Assembly (NCBI GenBank): GCA_002269645.1 | Contig: NIVC01001112.1 | Span: 185,640-249,639 of the forward strand | DNA: 64,000 bases | Source of the DNA: Macrostomum lignano | Taxonomy: Eukaryota | Direction of reading: 5' to 3' | Shown here: positions 1-12,700 of the stretch, piece after piece | Layout of the letters: each line of letters begins with the position of its first letter | How positions within the stretch are numbered: position 1 is the first letter of the stretch | Made by a program: the position numbers and the translations under genes | The notes under the pieces: model-generated | Databases searched by the model: none | Told to the model about the DNA's origin: nothing | What the model saw: only the letters and a program-made list of their open reading frames with translations

Positions 1-291
1 GCGAGAGGCATTACTGCCCATTCCGCCGACTCCCCTGAGCAGGCACACAAGCGCGCGGATACGTACGCAGTCATACGCACAGGCACACACTCGCACAGGA
101 GTGTACAGTGGCCCTAACTTTATCGTTAGGCATGTACACTTCACTGCGCCTTGGGGTTGGCTCTCAAGGCCGTTAATTGCACAAGCAGAGCCAAGCCGAG
201 TTCCAATTCAGCCCCAAATTAATGTGACTGCACTGGGAATCGAGCCTGGGCTGCTGGCACATCAATGGGCTGCGCTGGACCACTGGGCTAC
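1..291 (-). mobile_element. tRNA-derived SINE, family A, copy 1 (cut by the window edge)
   Basis: The minus strand begins GTAGCCCAGTGG (Pol III A box) then GGCTCGATTCC (B box), followed by a body shared with copies at ~23931-24261 and ~50441-50758. Confidence 0.8.
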
Positions 292-317
292 GTCCACCTC
301 CGTAGTTATTGAATCCT

Positions 318-600
318 TAGCTCCAAATCCTCAGTTCCTAAATCCTCAGCTCCAAATCCTCAGTTCCAAATCCTCAGCTCCAAATCCTCAGCTCCAAATC
401 CTCAGCTCCAAATCCTCAGCTCCAAATCCTCAGTTCCAAATCCTCAGCTCCAAATCCTCAGCTCCAAATCCTCAGTTCCAAATCCTCAGCTCCAAATCCT
501 CAGCTCCAAATCCTCAGTTCCAAATCCTCAGTTCCAAATCCTTAGCTCCAAATCCTCAGCTCCAAATCCTCAGTTCCTAATCTTTTAGTTCCTAAATCCT
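318..600. repeat. 14-bp minisatellite (TCCAAATCCTCAGC)n, intronic
   Basis: Tandem copies are directly visible. It explains the repetitive tail of ORF 101..580. Confidence 0.95.
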
Positions 601-701
601 TAGTTTTTAAACTCATAGTTTCTGAATACCTATTGCTAGACCAGCAATTCAAAGTCTTAACCAGTTTCAAAAATTCTTTTTTCACTCCATCTCCGCTGTA
701 G

Positions 702-3700
702 CCTTGGAGACGGAGTGGCAGGCCCACCCGGATCAAATTAACGACTTGGAGTTTGCCGAGCGTCAGGACCGGCTGCTGATTCTGACAGCTTCATCTGACT
801 GCTCCGTGTCTCTGTGGGACATTCTAGGAAATCTAATTGGAATTTTCGGCCAGGTGAGAGCAAATCTATGCATAAATTTTTATTGTGCTTAAGTGTCCGA
901 TAATTTTGATATGAAGAGAGCATCTAAAATGATTTTTAAGTGTCCGAGTTTTTATATGCAGAGTGTCCGAGAATGTCCGATATAGTGTCCGAGAGTATTG
1001 ATATGCAATGTGTCCGAGATTGTCCGATTTGGTGTCTGAGAGTATTGATATGCAAAGTGTCCGAAAGTATTGATATGCAAAGTGTCCGAGAGTGTCCGAT
1101 ACAGTGTCCGAGAGTATTGATATGCAATGTGTCCGATATAGTGTCCGAGAGTATTAATATGCAAAGTGTCTGATATTGTCTGATATAGTGTCCGAAGGTA
1201 TTGATATACAAAGTGTCCGAGAGTGTCCGATATAGTGTCCGAGAGTATTAATATGCAAAGTGTCCGAGAGTATTGATATGCAAAGTGTCCGAGAGTGTCC
1301 GATACAGTGTCCGAGAGTATCGATTTGCAGTGAATGTTCGAGAGTGTCCCAGAGTGGGAAGTTGCGGTAATTACCAAAAATTTTCCGAGAGTCTGAGGGT
1401 GTCTGTTTGTCAATTTTTGAAGTGTCCGAGATTGTAGCGACTATAGAATAGCAGCAAATCGCCGATGTTTAGCTTTTGCATTATATTTTTACAATTTTTC
1501 AGGAGGAGCACTGGAAGATTGAGCATCTCTCGGTGATTCTGGAACGATTGGAGCGCGAGAAAGAGGTGAGTTTTTAGTTTAATTTTAAAGTCCAATCGCT
1601 TTGTGCAATAATGTCGACCTTCAGGCGTGCATCTTTTTCTCATCTGGAATGATCGGGCTTCAGCTTCAACCTGAGTGTCAGCAGGATGCCGACTTCATTG
1701 TCAAACTTCGGAGAAATTTGTGTCAGTTGGCGTGTGATTAAATGTCAGGTGGAATTCAATTGGATTTTAATTTAGTGTCAGGTGGAATTCAATTGGATTT
1801 TAATTTAGTGTCAGGTGGAATTCAATTCGATTTTAATTTAGTGTCAGGTGGAATTCAATTGGATTTTAATTTAGTGTCAGTTGGCATCTAATTTAGTGTC
1901 AGTTGGCATCTAATTTAGTGTCAGATGGCATCTAATTTAGTGTCAGTAGGTCACTGATTGAGCTGTCAATCATCACCAGAATCTCTATTCTCACCCGCAC
2001 CCCGACGTGCAGGCTCAACGACAAAAGTCGGCAGTGTCCAGAAAGTCCACCGTGTCCTCAATGTCCAGGCTTTACTCTCTGCCAGATTTTGTAAATATCG
2101 CTTCATAAAAAGTTTATACAATTTAGCTTCATTTAAACTCTGTCATAATTGTTATTTAGCTTCTTTTAACATTCACACTAATTAATTTCTGTTATACTCG
2201 TACGTATAGAACATAAACTATAACAAAAATATTTTCTATCTTTCTACAATGCACCAGTCAGCAAGAAGAAGACTGCACTCAAACAAAAACTATACTCTTA
2301 TAACTAGGTTTCAGTATGCTATACTATTGCATATTAATTTCTTTATCCACTTTTTGCATTTCAATTCCTGCATTTTTATTTTCACTTATTTATTACAAAC
2401 TGACACTTAGACTAGCTACAGGTATTTCACACGTGGTCTCTTCTTTGCAAATATTTCTCTCAAAGGCTCTAACTAGCTGTTTACTGTTATCAGTAAAGGA
2501 TGACTTTTAATTCCAAACAATTTTAGACCACTGCAGAAGGGAAGGTAAATAAATTTAGATTTGAATTATCTTTATTAACTTAATGAGCACAGTTTCTATA
2601 GCCTTAACAATACCTTCTAGCTAGAGTCCTGGGTTGGCGGACTCCGGCCCGCGGGCCACCTGCGCCCCGCTAAGCCTCTCTATCTGGCCCTCGGGTCCTT
2701 TGAAACCTCTCTCCTCTCTATTCTCTCTTCTCTCCTCTCTCTCCTCTCTGACCTCTCTCCTCTCTATTCTCTCTTCTCTCCTCTCTCTCCTCTCTGACCT
2801 CTCTCCTCTCTATTCTCTCTTCTCTCCTCTCTCTCCTCTCTGACCTCTCTCCTCTCTATTCTCTCTTCTCTCCTCTCTCTCCTCTCTGACCTCTCTCCTC
2901 TCTATTCTCTCTTCTCTCCTCTCTCTCCTCTCTGACCTCTCTCCTCTCTATTCTCTCTTCTCTCCTCTCTCTCCTCTCTGACCTCTCTCCTCTCTATTCT
3001 CTCTTCTCTCCTCTCTCTCCTCTCTGACCTCTCTCCTCTCTATTCTCTCTTCTCTCCTCTCTCTCCTCTCTGACCTCTCTCCTCTCTATTCTCTCTTCTC
3101 TCCTCTCTCTCCTCTCTGACCTCTCTCCTCTCTATTCTCTCTTCTCTCCTCTCTCTCCTCTCTGACCTCTCTCCTCTCTATTCTCTCTTCTCTCCTCTCT
3201 ATTCTCTCTTCTCTCCTCTCTCTCCTCTCCGACCTCTCTCCTCTCTATTCTCTCTTCTCTCCTCTCTCTCCTCTCTGACCTCTCTCCTCTCTATTCTCTC
3301 TTCTCTCCTCTCTCTCCTCTCTGACCTCTCTCCTCTCTATTCTCTCTTCTCTCCTCTCTCTCCTCTCTGACCTCTCTCCTCTCTATTCTCTCTTCTCTCC
3401 TCTCTCTCCTCTCTGACCTCTCTCCTCTCTATTCTCTCTTCTCTCCTCTCTCTCCTCTCTGACCTCTCTCCTCTCTATTCTCTCTTCTCTCCTCTCTATT
3501 CTCTCTTCTCTCCTCTCTCTCCTCTCCGACCTCTCTCCTCTCTATTCTCTCTTCTCTCCTCTCTCTCCTCTCTGACCTCTCTCCTCTCTATTCTCTCTTC
3601 TCTCCTCTCTCTCCTCTCTGACCTCTCTCCTCTCTATTCTCTCTTCTCTCCTCTCTCTCCTCTCTGACCTCTCTCCTCTCTATTCTCTCTTCTCTCCTCT

Positions 3701-6700
3701 CTCTCCTCTCTGACCTCTCTCCTCTCTATTCTCTCTTCTCTCCTCTCTCTCCTCTCTGACCTCTCTCCTCTCTATTCTCTCTTCTCTCCTCTCTCTCCTC
3801 TCTGACCTCTCTCCTCTCTATTCTCTCTTCTCTCCTCTCTCTCCTCTCTGACCTCTCTCCTCTCTATTCTCTCTTCTCTCCTCTCTCTCCTCTCTGACCT
3901 CTCTCCTCTCTATTCTCTCTTCTCTCCTCTCTATTCTCTCTTCTCTCCTCTCTCTCCTCTCCGACCTCTCTCCTCTCTATTCTCTCTTCTCTCCTCTCTC
4001 TCCTCTCTGACCTCTCTCCTATCTATTCTCTCTCCTCTCTATTCTCTCTCCTCTCTATTCTCTCTCCTCTCTATTCTCTCTCCTCTCCTCTATCTCTACC
4101 CTCTTTCTCTACTCTCTTTCTCTCCTCTCTCTCTCCTCTCTCTCTCCTCTATCTCTACTCTCTTTCTCTCCTCTCTCTCTCCTCTCTCTCTCCTCTATCT
4201 CTACTCTCTTTCTCTCCTCTCTCTCTCTCCTCTCTCTCTCCTCTCTCTCCTCTCAATCTTCTCTCTCCTCTTCTGTGCTTCTCTCTGCTCTCTCTTTTCC
4301 TGTCTCTTCTCTCCTCTCTTCTCTCTTCTCTTTCCTCTTTCCTCTCTTCTCTTCTCTCTCCCTTCTCCTCTCTCTCCTCTCTCTCTCTCCTCTCTCTCCT
4401 CTCGATCTTCTCTCACCTCTCTGGTGCTTCTCTCTGCTCTCTCTTTTCCTGTCTCTCCTCTCCTCTCTTTTCTCTCCTCTTTCCTCTTTCATCTGGCCCG
4501 CAGTCAAGAGCTAGATTATTTGCCTGGCTCTTGAAGTAAACAGTTTGCGGACCCCAGAGCAAAACCATAAATAGCTTTCGGACATTTATTACTCAACATT
4601 TTACACACAGTAGGTGAAATAAAGTTTTACTTTCCTCATTTTTTAATTAACTTAGCTAGTAGGAAATTTCTTCTATAATTTTTCATCATCTATATTCAGT
4701 CCTAGTGTGGTACTTTAAGTAGCATTCTTAGCGTAGTCGTTAATTGTCTACTTTTAATCGTTTTTATTTGCTATGTTTGCTACGCTCCTAGTCTGAATTT
4801 CATGGACAACCGAATTACAAGGACGTTATACAGTCACTAGCGTCCTTCTAGTTTAGCTGTCCAAAAGTCTCGCATAAGTGCCACTTAGCCAATCAATTAA
4901 ATCCGACTCCATCATCAAGGATCACGAGGTGCTGGAAGCTGAGCCGCAGAAGGTGCAGCAGGTCTCCCAGTCTAATTGGCAGCCAGATGAGCGAGCGATC
5001 GCAGATCCGAACGGATACAGAGTCACCGCGTGGAACTCCTCTCTGCTCGGTGAGTTTGTGACTTTGTGAGTTGGTGAGTTGGTGAGTTGGTGAGTTGGTG
5101 GGTTGTTGAGTTGGGGAGTTGTTGAGTTGGTGAATTTATTAGTTGGTGAGTTGGTGAGCTGGTGAGTTGGTGATTTGGTGAGTTGGTGAGTTGTTGAGTT
5201 GGTGAGTTGGTGATTTGGTGAGTGTTGAGTTGGTGATTTGGTGAGTTGGTGAGTTGTTGAGTTGGTGATTTGGTGAGTTTTGAGTTGGTGATTTGGTGAG
5301 TGTTGAGTTGGTGATTTGGTGAGTTTTGAGTTGGTGATTTGGTGAGTGTTGAGTTGGTGATTTGGTGAGTTTTGAGTCGGTGATTTGGTGAGTGTTGAGT
5401 TGGTGATTTTGTGAGTGTTGAGTTGGTGATTTGGTGAATTTTGAGTTGGTGATTTGGTGAGTTGGTGAGTTGGTGATTTGGTGAGTGTTGAGTTGGTGAT
5501 TTGGTGAGTGTTGAGTTGGTGGGTTGTTGAGTTGGGGAGTTGTTGCGTTGGTGACTTTATTAGTTGGTGAGTTGGTGAGCTGTTGAGTTGGTGATTTGGT
5601 GAGTTGGTGATTTGGTGAGTTGTTGAGTTGGTGAGTTGATGAATTGGTGAGTTCTTGAGTTGTTGAGTTGGTGAGTTGGTGAGTTGTTGAGTTGGTGAGT
5701 TGTTGAGTTGGTGAGTTGGTGATTTGGTGAGTTGTTGAGTTGGTGAGTTGATGAATTGGTGAGTTCTTGAGTTGTTGAGTTGGTGAGTTGGTGAGTTGTT
5801 GAGTTGTCGAGTTGGTGAGTTGATGAATTGGTGAGTTGTTGAGTTGTTGAGTTGGTGAGTTGGTGAGTTAGTGAGTTGTTGAGTTGTTGAGTTGGTGAGT
5901 TGTTGAGTTGGTGAGTTGGTGAGTTGGTGAGTTGGTGAGTTGGTGAGTTGTTGAGTTGTTGAGTTGGTGAGTTGTTGAGTTCGTGAGTTGTTGAGTTGGT
6001 GAGTTGTTGAGTTGTTGAGTTGGTGAGTTGGTGAGTTGTTGAGTTGTTGAGTTGGTGAGTTGTTGAGTTGGTGAGTTGGTGAGTTGGTGAGTTGGTGAGT
6101 TGTTGAGTTGTTGAGTTGGTGAGTTGTTGAGTTGTTGAGTTGGTGAGTTGTTGAGTTGGTGAGTTGTTGAGTTGTTGAGTTGGTGAGTTGGTAAGTTGTT
6201 GAGTTGTTGAGTTGGTGAGTTGGTGAGTTGTTGAGTTGGTGAGTTGGTGAGTTGTTGAGTTGGTGAGTTGGTGAGTTGTTGAGTTGGTGAGTTGTTGAGT
6301 TGTTGAGTTGGTGAGTTGTTGAGTTGTTGAGTTGTTGAGTTGGTGAGTTGGTGAGTTGGTGAGTTGTTGAGTTGGTAAGTTGTTGAGTTGTTGAGTTGGT
6401 GAGTTGTTGAGTTGGTGAGTTGGTGAGTTGGTGATTTGGTGATTTGGTGACTTGAGAGCTGCTACTCGACAAACGCCTTGACTCGCGAAATCGTCCCGCT
6501 AGGCCCACTAGGATCTGATTGAATCCCAATTCCAACCTCAGGCTCCAGCTACATCGAGGCCGCCAAGCAGAAGAGGCAGCGCAGGCAGCCGGAAGTCATG
6601 CCCAACCTGCCGTTCCTCACGCAGGATCGGCACACACCTTCCATCGGACCGTTTAATGTAATTCTTCTTCTAATAGAGATGAGGACTACTGCGATAGATA

Positions 6701-9700
6701 TTCCCTGATTCTCTGATTCCCTGATTCCCCGATTCCCTAATTCTCTGATTCCCTAATTCCCCATTCCTTAATTTCCTGATTCCCTGATTCCCCAATTACC
6801 TGATTCAAAAATTTCCGGACTCTCCAATTCCCTGATTCCCAAATTCCCTAATTCCCTCATTCCCCGATTCCCTGATGCCCCGATTCCCTGATTCCCCGAC
6901 CCCCTGATTCTCCGATTCCCTGATTTCCCGATTTCCTGATTCTCCGATTCCCTGACTCCCTAATTTCCTGATTGTCTAATTCCCTGATTGCCTAATTCCC
7001 TGATTCCCTAATTACTCAATCAACTAATTCCCTGATTGCCTAATTCCCTGATTCCCTAATTACTCAATCAACTAATTCCCTGATTGCCTAATTCCCTGAT
7101 TCTCTAATTCCCTAATTCCCTGATTCCCCAATTCATTAATTCCCCGATTCCCCGATTCCCTGATTCCCTAATTCCCCAATTCCCTAATTCCCTGTTTCCT
7201 TAATTCCCTGATTACCCAATTCTCTGATTCTTTGATTCCCTAATTCCCTAATTCCCAAATTACCCGATTCCCTGATTCTCTGATTCCCCAATTTCCTGAT
7301 TCCCCAATACTCCAGTTCCCTGATTACCGAATTCCCCAATTCCCCAATTCCCCGATCCCCTGATTCCCAGAGATGTCATTCTGTGGCAAAACAGACAAGA
7401 CTTGTGTATCAACCGTCCCGTTTCGCCAGAACCTGGACATCGCCAGCTTCGCTGAGGCACGCGACCCGAAACCGCCCGACTTCGTGTCCAATCCAGACGC
7501 CTATTTTCGCGACAGGGACCACCTGCCCCCGGCCGGAGAGAAGACGCCCGTGCTGGCCGAGAGTGAGTTTGTGTTGCCAATAGCAACGAAGCTTTTTGTA
7601 ATGTTAGCTACAATGATTCGTATTGAAGACACAACAGAACGCACACACACCGCACAATAGTTTTGAGTGTTCACAAATTAACGAAAGTCAAATGAGTCGA
7701 ATTTAAATTAACAAATTAACTCTGTTTGATCCATGATTTTGCACAGAAATTTTTATGCATCATTTTTGTTCAGAGTGCCGAATACTAATTACTGTTGCAT
7801 ATATTTGCTTAGCTAGCTACTTAGTTGCGTTAGTAAGTAGTGACTAAAGGATCCATTAATAGTTTTCTATTAGACTGAATGAAATAGTAGGTTTTTTGCA
7901 AACCTTTTTGAGTAGATACTACTCAAGTAGAATAACGGGAAATTACTATTAAAATTTGTTATTGCTTTTGATAGGAGGCAATACCAATGTTCGTCTTTTG
8001 ATATGTCTTGCCATTCTTTTAGGTCTATTGGCATTCATAGAGCTTCTAGTTTAGAAAATTAGGATTTGCCTCCTATCAAAAGTAATAACAATTATTGTAC
8101 TGAAAAAAATAAAAACCTGATCTCCTTAATGTACTTTCAGTAAAACCTGCCTCCCTAAAAGTTTTCAACAGGCGTAGTTTCCCATTCCTACTTGAGTAAT
8201 CATTGTACTTTGCACTTATTTAATAAAGTTTTTGTTTCTTTCGTTTTAAACTAATTTTGACATTCACTTTTGCCTTTTGATTTATAGCTGGTAAGTTTGC
8301 ACTGTTTGTTTGTTTAATCCAAAACTTATCTCACACATTGTACTCTACTGTTCTAACGCATGTCCGCCATGTTTGTTCATAGAATGTGCCATTATTGTTA
8401 ACCCGCTTTTGCTGTATGACTGTTCAGATTTCCTCTGTATCTCAATGTAAACTTGACTGTATCAGCCTTCTAATATTTCGCGAGCGGTGCGGCGATCTCA
8501 ACATATAGCTTTTTAAAATTGGTTTTATACGGCTATGTGAGCGGAGGGGCAGCTTCTCTAGGGGAGAGTAGAGAGGCAGATTCTCAAGGACTGAGGGAGA
8601 GTAGAGAGGCAGATTCTCAAGGACTGAGGGAGAGTAGAGAGGCAGATTCTCAAGGACTGAGGGAGAGTAGAGAGGCAGATTCTCAAGGACTGAGGGAGAG
8701 TAGAGAGGCAGATTCTCAAGGACTGAGGGAGAGTAGAGAGGCAGATTCTCAAGGACTGAGGGAGAGTAGAGAGGCAGATTCTCAAGGACTGAGGGAGAGC
8801 AGAGAGGCAGATTCTCAAGGATTGAGGGAGAGTAGAGAGGCAGATTCTCGAGGACTGAGGGAGAGTAGAGAGGCAGATTCTCAAGGACTGAGGGAGAGTA
8901 GAGAGGCAGATTCTCAAGGACTGAGGGAGAGTAGAGAGGCAGATTCTCAAGGACTGAGGGAGAGTAGAGAGGCAGATTCTCAAGGACTGAGGGAGAGTAG
9001 AGAGGCAGATTCTCGAGGACTGAGGGAGAGTAGAGAGGCAGATTCTCAAGGACTGAGGGAGAGTAGAGAGGCAGATTCTCAAGGACTGAGGGAGAGCAGA
9101 GAGGCAGATTCTCAAGGATTGAGGGAGAGTAGAGAGGCAGATTCTCGAGGACTGAGGGAGAGTAGAGAGGCAGATTCTCAAGGACTGAGGGAGAGTAGAG
9201 AGGCAGATTCTCAAGGACTGAGGGAGAGTAGAGAGGCAGATTCTCAGGGACTGAGGGAGAGTAGAGAGGCAGATTCTCAAAGACTGAGGGAGAGTAGAGA
9301 GGCAGATTCTCAAGGACTGAGGGAGAGTAGAGAGGCAGATTCTCAAGGACTGAGGGAGAGTAGAGAGGCAGATTCTCAAGGACTGAGGGAGAGTAGAGAG
9401 GCAGATTCTCGAGGACTGAGGGAGAGTAGAGAGGCAGATTCTCAAGGACTGAGGGAGAGTAGAGAGGCAGATTCTCAAGGACTGAGGGAGAGCAGAGAGG
9501 CAGATTCTCAAGGATTGAGGGAGAGTAGAGAGGCAGATTCTCGAGGACTGAGGGAGAGTAGAGAGGCAGATTCTCAAGGACTGAGGGAGAGTAGAGAGGC
9601 AGATTCTCAAGGACTGAGGGAGAGTAGAGAGGCAGATTCTCAGGGACTGAGGGAGAGTAGAGAGGCAGATTCTCAAAGACTGAGGGAGAGTAGAGAGGCA

Positions 9701-12700
9701 GATTCTCAAGGACTGAGGGAGAGTAGAGAGGCAGATTCTCAAGGACTGAGGGAGAGTAGAGAGGCAGATTCTCAAGGACTGAGGGAGAGTAGAGAGGCAG
9801 ATTCTCAAGGACTGAGGGAGAGCAGAGAGGCAGATTCTCAAGGACTGAGGGAGAGTAGAGAGGCAGATTCTCAAGGACTGAGGGAGAGCAGAGAGGCAGA
9901 TTCTCAGGGACTGAGGGAGAGTAGAGAGGCAGATTCTCAAAGACTGAGGGAGAGTAGAGAGGCAGATTCTCAAGGACTGAGGGAGAGTAGAGAGGCAGAT
10001 TCTCAAGGAGGGGGAGTGGAGAGGCAGATTCTCAAGGAGGGGAGTGGGAGGCAGGTTCTCAAGGAGGGGGAGTGGAGAGGCAGATTCTCAAGGAGGGGAG
10101 TGGAGAGGCAGATTCTCAAGGACTGAGGGAGAGTAGAGAGGCAGATTCTCAAGGAGGGGGAGTGGAGAGGCAGATTCTCAAGGAGGGGGAGCGGAGAGGC
10201 AGATTCTCAAGGAGGGGGAGTGGAGAGGCAGATTCTCAAGGAGGGGGAGCGGAGAGGCAGATTCTCAAGGACTGAGGGAGAGTAGAGAGGCAGATTCTCA
10301 AGGAGGGGGAGTGGAGAGGCAGATTCTCAAGGACTGAGGGAGAGTAGAGAGGCAGATTCTCAAGGAGGGGGAGCGGAGAGGCAGATTCTCAAGGACTGAG
10401 GGAGAGTAGAGAGGCAGATTCTCAAGGAGGGAGAGTAGAGAGGCAGATTCTCAAGGACTGAGGGAGAGTAGAGAGGCAGATTCTCAAGGAGGGGGAGCGG
10501 AGAGGCAGATTCTCAGGGACTGAGGGAGAGTAGAGAGGCAGATTCTCAAGGACTGAGGGAGAGCAGAGAGGCAGATTCTCAAGGATTGAGGGAGAGTAGA
10601 GAGGCAGATTCTCGAGGACTGAGGGAGAGTAGAGAGGCAGATTCTCAAGGACTGAGGGAGAGTAGAGAGGCAGATTCTCAAGGACTGAGGGAGAGTAGAG
10701 AGGCAGATTCTCAGGGACTGAGGGAGAGTAGAGAGGCAGATTCTCAAAGACTGAGGGAGAGTAGAGAGGCAGATTCTCAAGGACTGAGGGAGAGTAGAGA
10801 GGCAGATTCTCAAGGACTGAGGGAGAGTAGAGAGGCAGATTCTCAAGGACTGAGGGAGAGTAGAGAGGCAGATTCTCAAGGACTGAGGGAGAGTAGAGAG
10901 GCAGATTCTCGAGGACTGAGGGAGAGTAGAGAGGCAGATTCTCAAGGACTGAGGGAGAGTAGAGAGGCAGATTCTCAAGGACTGAGGGAGAGCAGAGAGG
11001 CAGATTCTCAAGGATTGAGGGAGAGTAGAGAGGCAGATTCTCGAGGACTGAGGGAGAGTAGAGAGGCAGATTCTCAAGGACTGAGGGAGAGTAGAGAGGC
11101 AGATTCTCAAGGACTGAGGGAGAGTAGAGAGGCAGATTCTCAGGGACTGAGGGAGAGTAGAGAGGCAGATTCTCAAAGACTGAGGGAGAGTAGAGAGGCA
11201 GATTCTCAAGGACTGAGGGAGAGTAGAGAGGCAGATTCTCAAGGAGGGGGAGTGGAGAGGCAGATTCTCAAGGAGGGGGAGTGGGAGGCAGATTCTCAAG
11301 GAGGGGGAGTAGAGAGGCAGATTCTCAAGGAGGGGGAGTGGAGAGGCAGATTCTCAAGGACTGAGGGAGAGTAGAGAGGCAGATTCTCAAGGAGGGGGAG
11401 TGGAGAGGCAGATTCTCAAGGAGGGGGAGCGGAGAGGCAGATTCTCAAGGAGGGGAGTGGAGAGGCAGATTCTCAAGGAGGGGGAGCGGAGAGGCAGATT
11501 CTCAAGGACTGAGGGAGAGTAGAGAGGCAGATTCTCAAGGAGGGGGAGTGGAGAGGCAGATTCTCAAGGACTGAGGGAGAGTAGAGAGGCAGATTCTCAA
11601 GGAGGGGGAGCGGAGAGGCAGATTCTCAAGGACTGAGGGAGAGTAGAGAGGCAGATTCTCAAGGAGGGAGAGTAGAGAGGCAGATTCTCAAGGACTGAGG
11701 GAGAGTAGAGAGGCAGATTCTCAAGGAGGGGGAGCGGAGAGGCAGATTCTCAGGACTGAGGGAGAGTAGAGAGGCAGATTCTCAGGCACTGAGGTAGAGT
11801 AGAGAGGCAGATTCTCAAGGACTGAGGGAGAGTAGAGAGGCAGATTCTCAAGGAGGGAGAGTAGAGAGGCAGATTCTCAAGGAGGGGGAGTGGAGAGGCA
11901 GATTCTCAAGGACTGAGGGAGAGTAGAGAGGCAGATTCTCAAGGAGGGGGAGTGGGAGGCAGATTCTCAAGGACTGAGGGAGAGTAGAGAGGCAGATTCT
12001 CAAGGAGGGGGAGCGGAGAGGCAGATTCTCAAGGAGGGAGAGTAGAGAGGCAGATTCTCAAGGAGGGAGAGTAGAGAGGCAGATTCTCAAGGAGGGGGAG
12101 TGGAGAGGCAGATTCTCAAGGACTGAGGGAGAGTAGAGAGGCAGATTCTCAAGGACTGAGGGAGAGTAGAGAGGCAGATTCTCAAGGACTGAGGGAGAGT
12201 AGAGAGGCAAATTCTCAAGGACTGAGGGAGAGTAGAGAGGCAGATTCTCAAGGAGGGGGAGTGGAGAGGCAGATTCTCAAGGAGGGGGAGCGGAGAGGCA
12301 GATTCTCAAGGAGGGGGAGTGGAGAGGCAGATTCTCAAGGAGGGGGAGCGGAGAGGCAGATTCTCAAGGAGGGGGAGCGGAGAGGCAGATTCTCAAGGAG
12401 GGAGAGTAGAGAGGCAGATTCTCAAGGAGGGGGAGCGGAGAGGCAGATTCTCAAGGAGGGGGAGTGGAGAGGCAGATTCTCAAGGAGGGGGAGTGGGAGG
12501 CAGATTCTCAAGGACTGAGGGAGAGTAGAGAGGCAGATTCTCAAGGACTGAGGGAGAGTAGAGAGGCAAATTCTCAAGGACTGAGGGAGAGTAGAGAGGC
12601 AGATTCTCAAGGAGGGGGAGTGGAGAGGCAGATTCTCAAGGAGGGGGAGCGGAGAGGCAGATTCTCAAGGAGGGGGAGTGGAGAGGCAGATTCTCAAGGA

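Noticed and set aside
4922-6535. 537-aa minus-strand ORF (TNSPTHQL)n
   Set aside because: It is the antisense reading of the 8-bp intronic array, with no non-repetitive domain.
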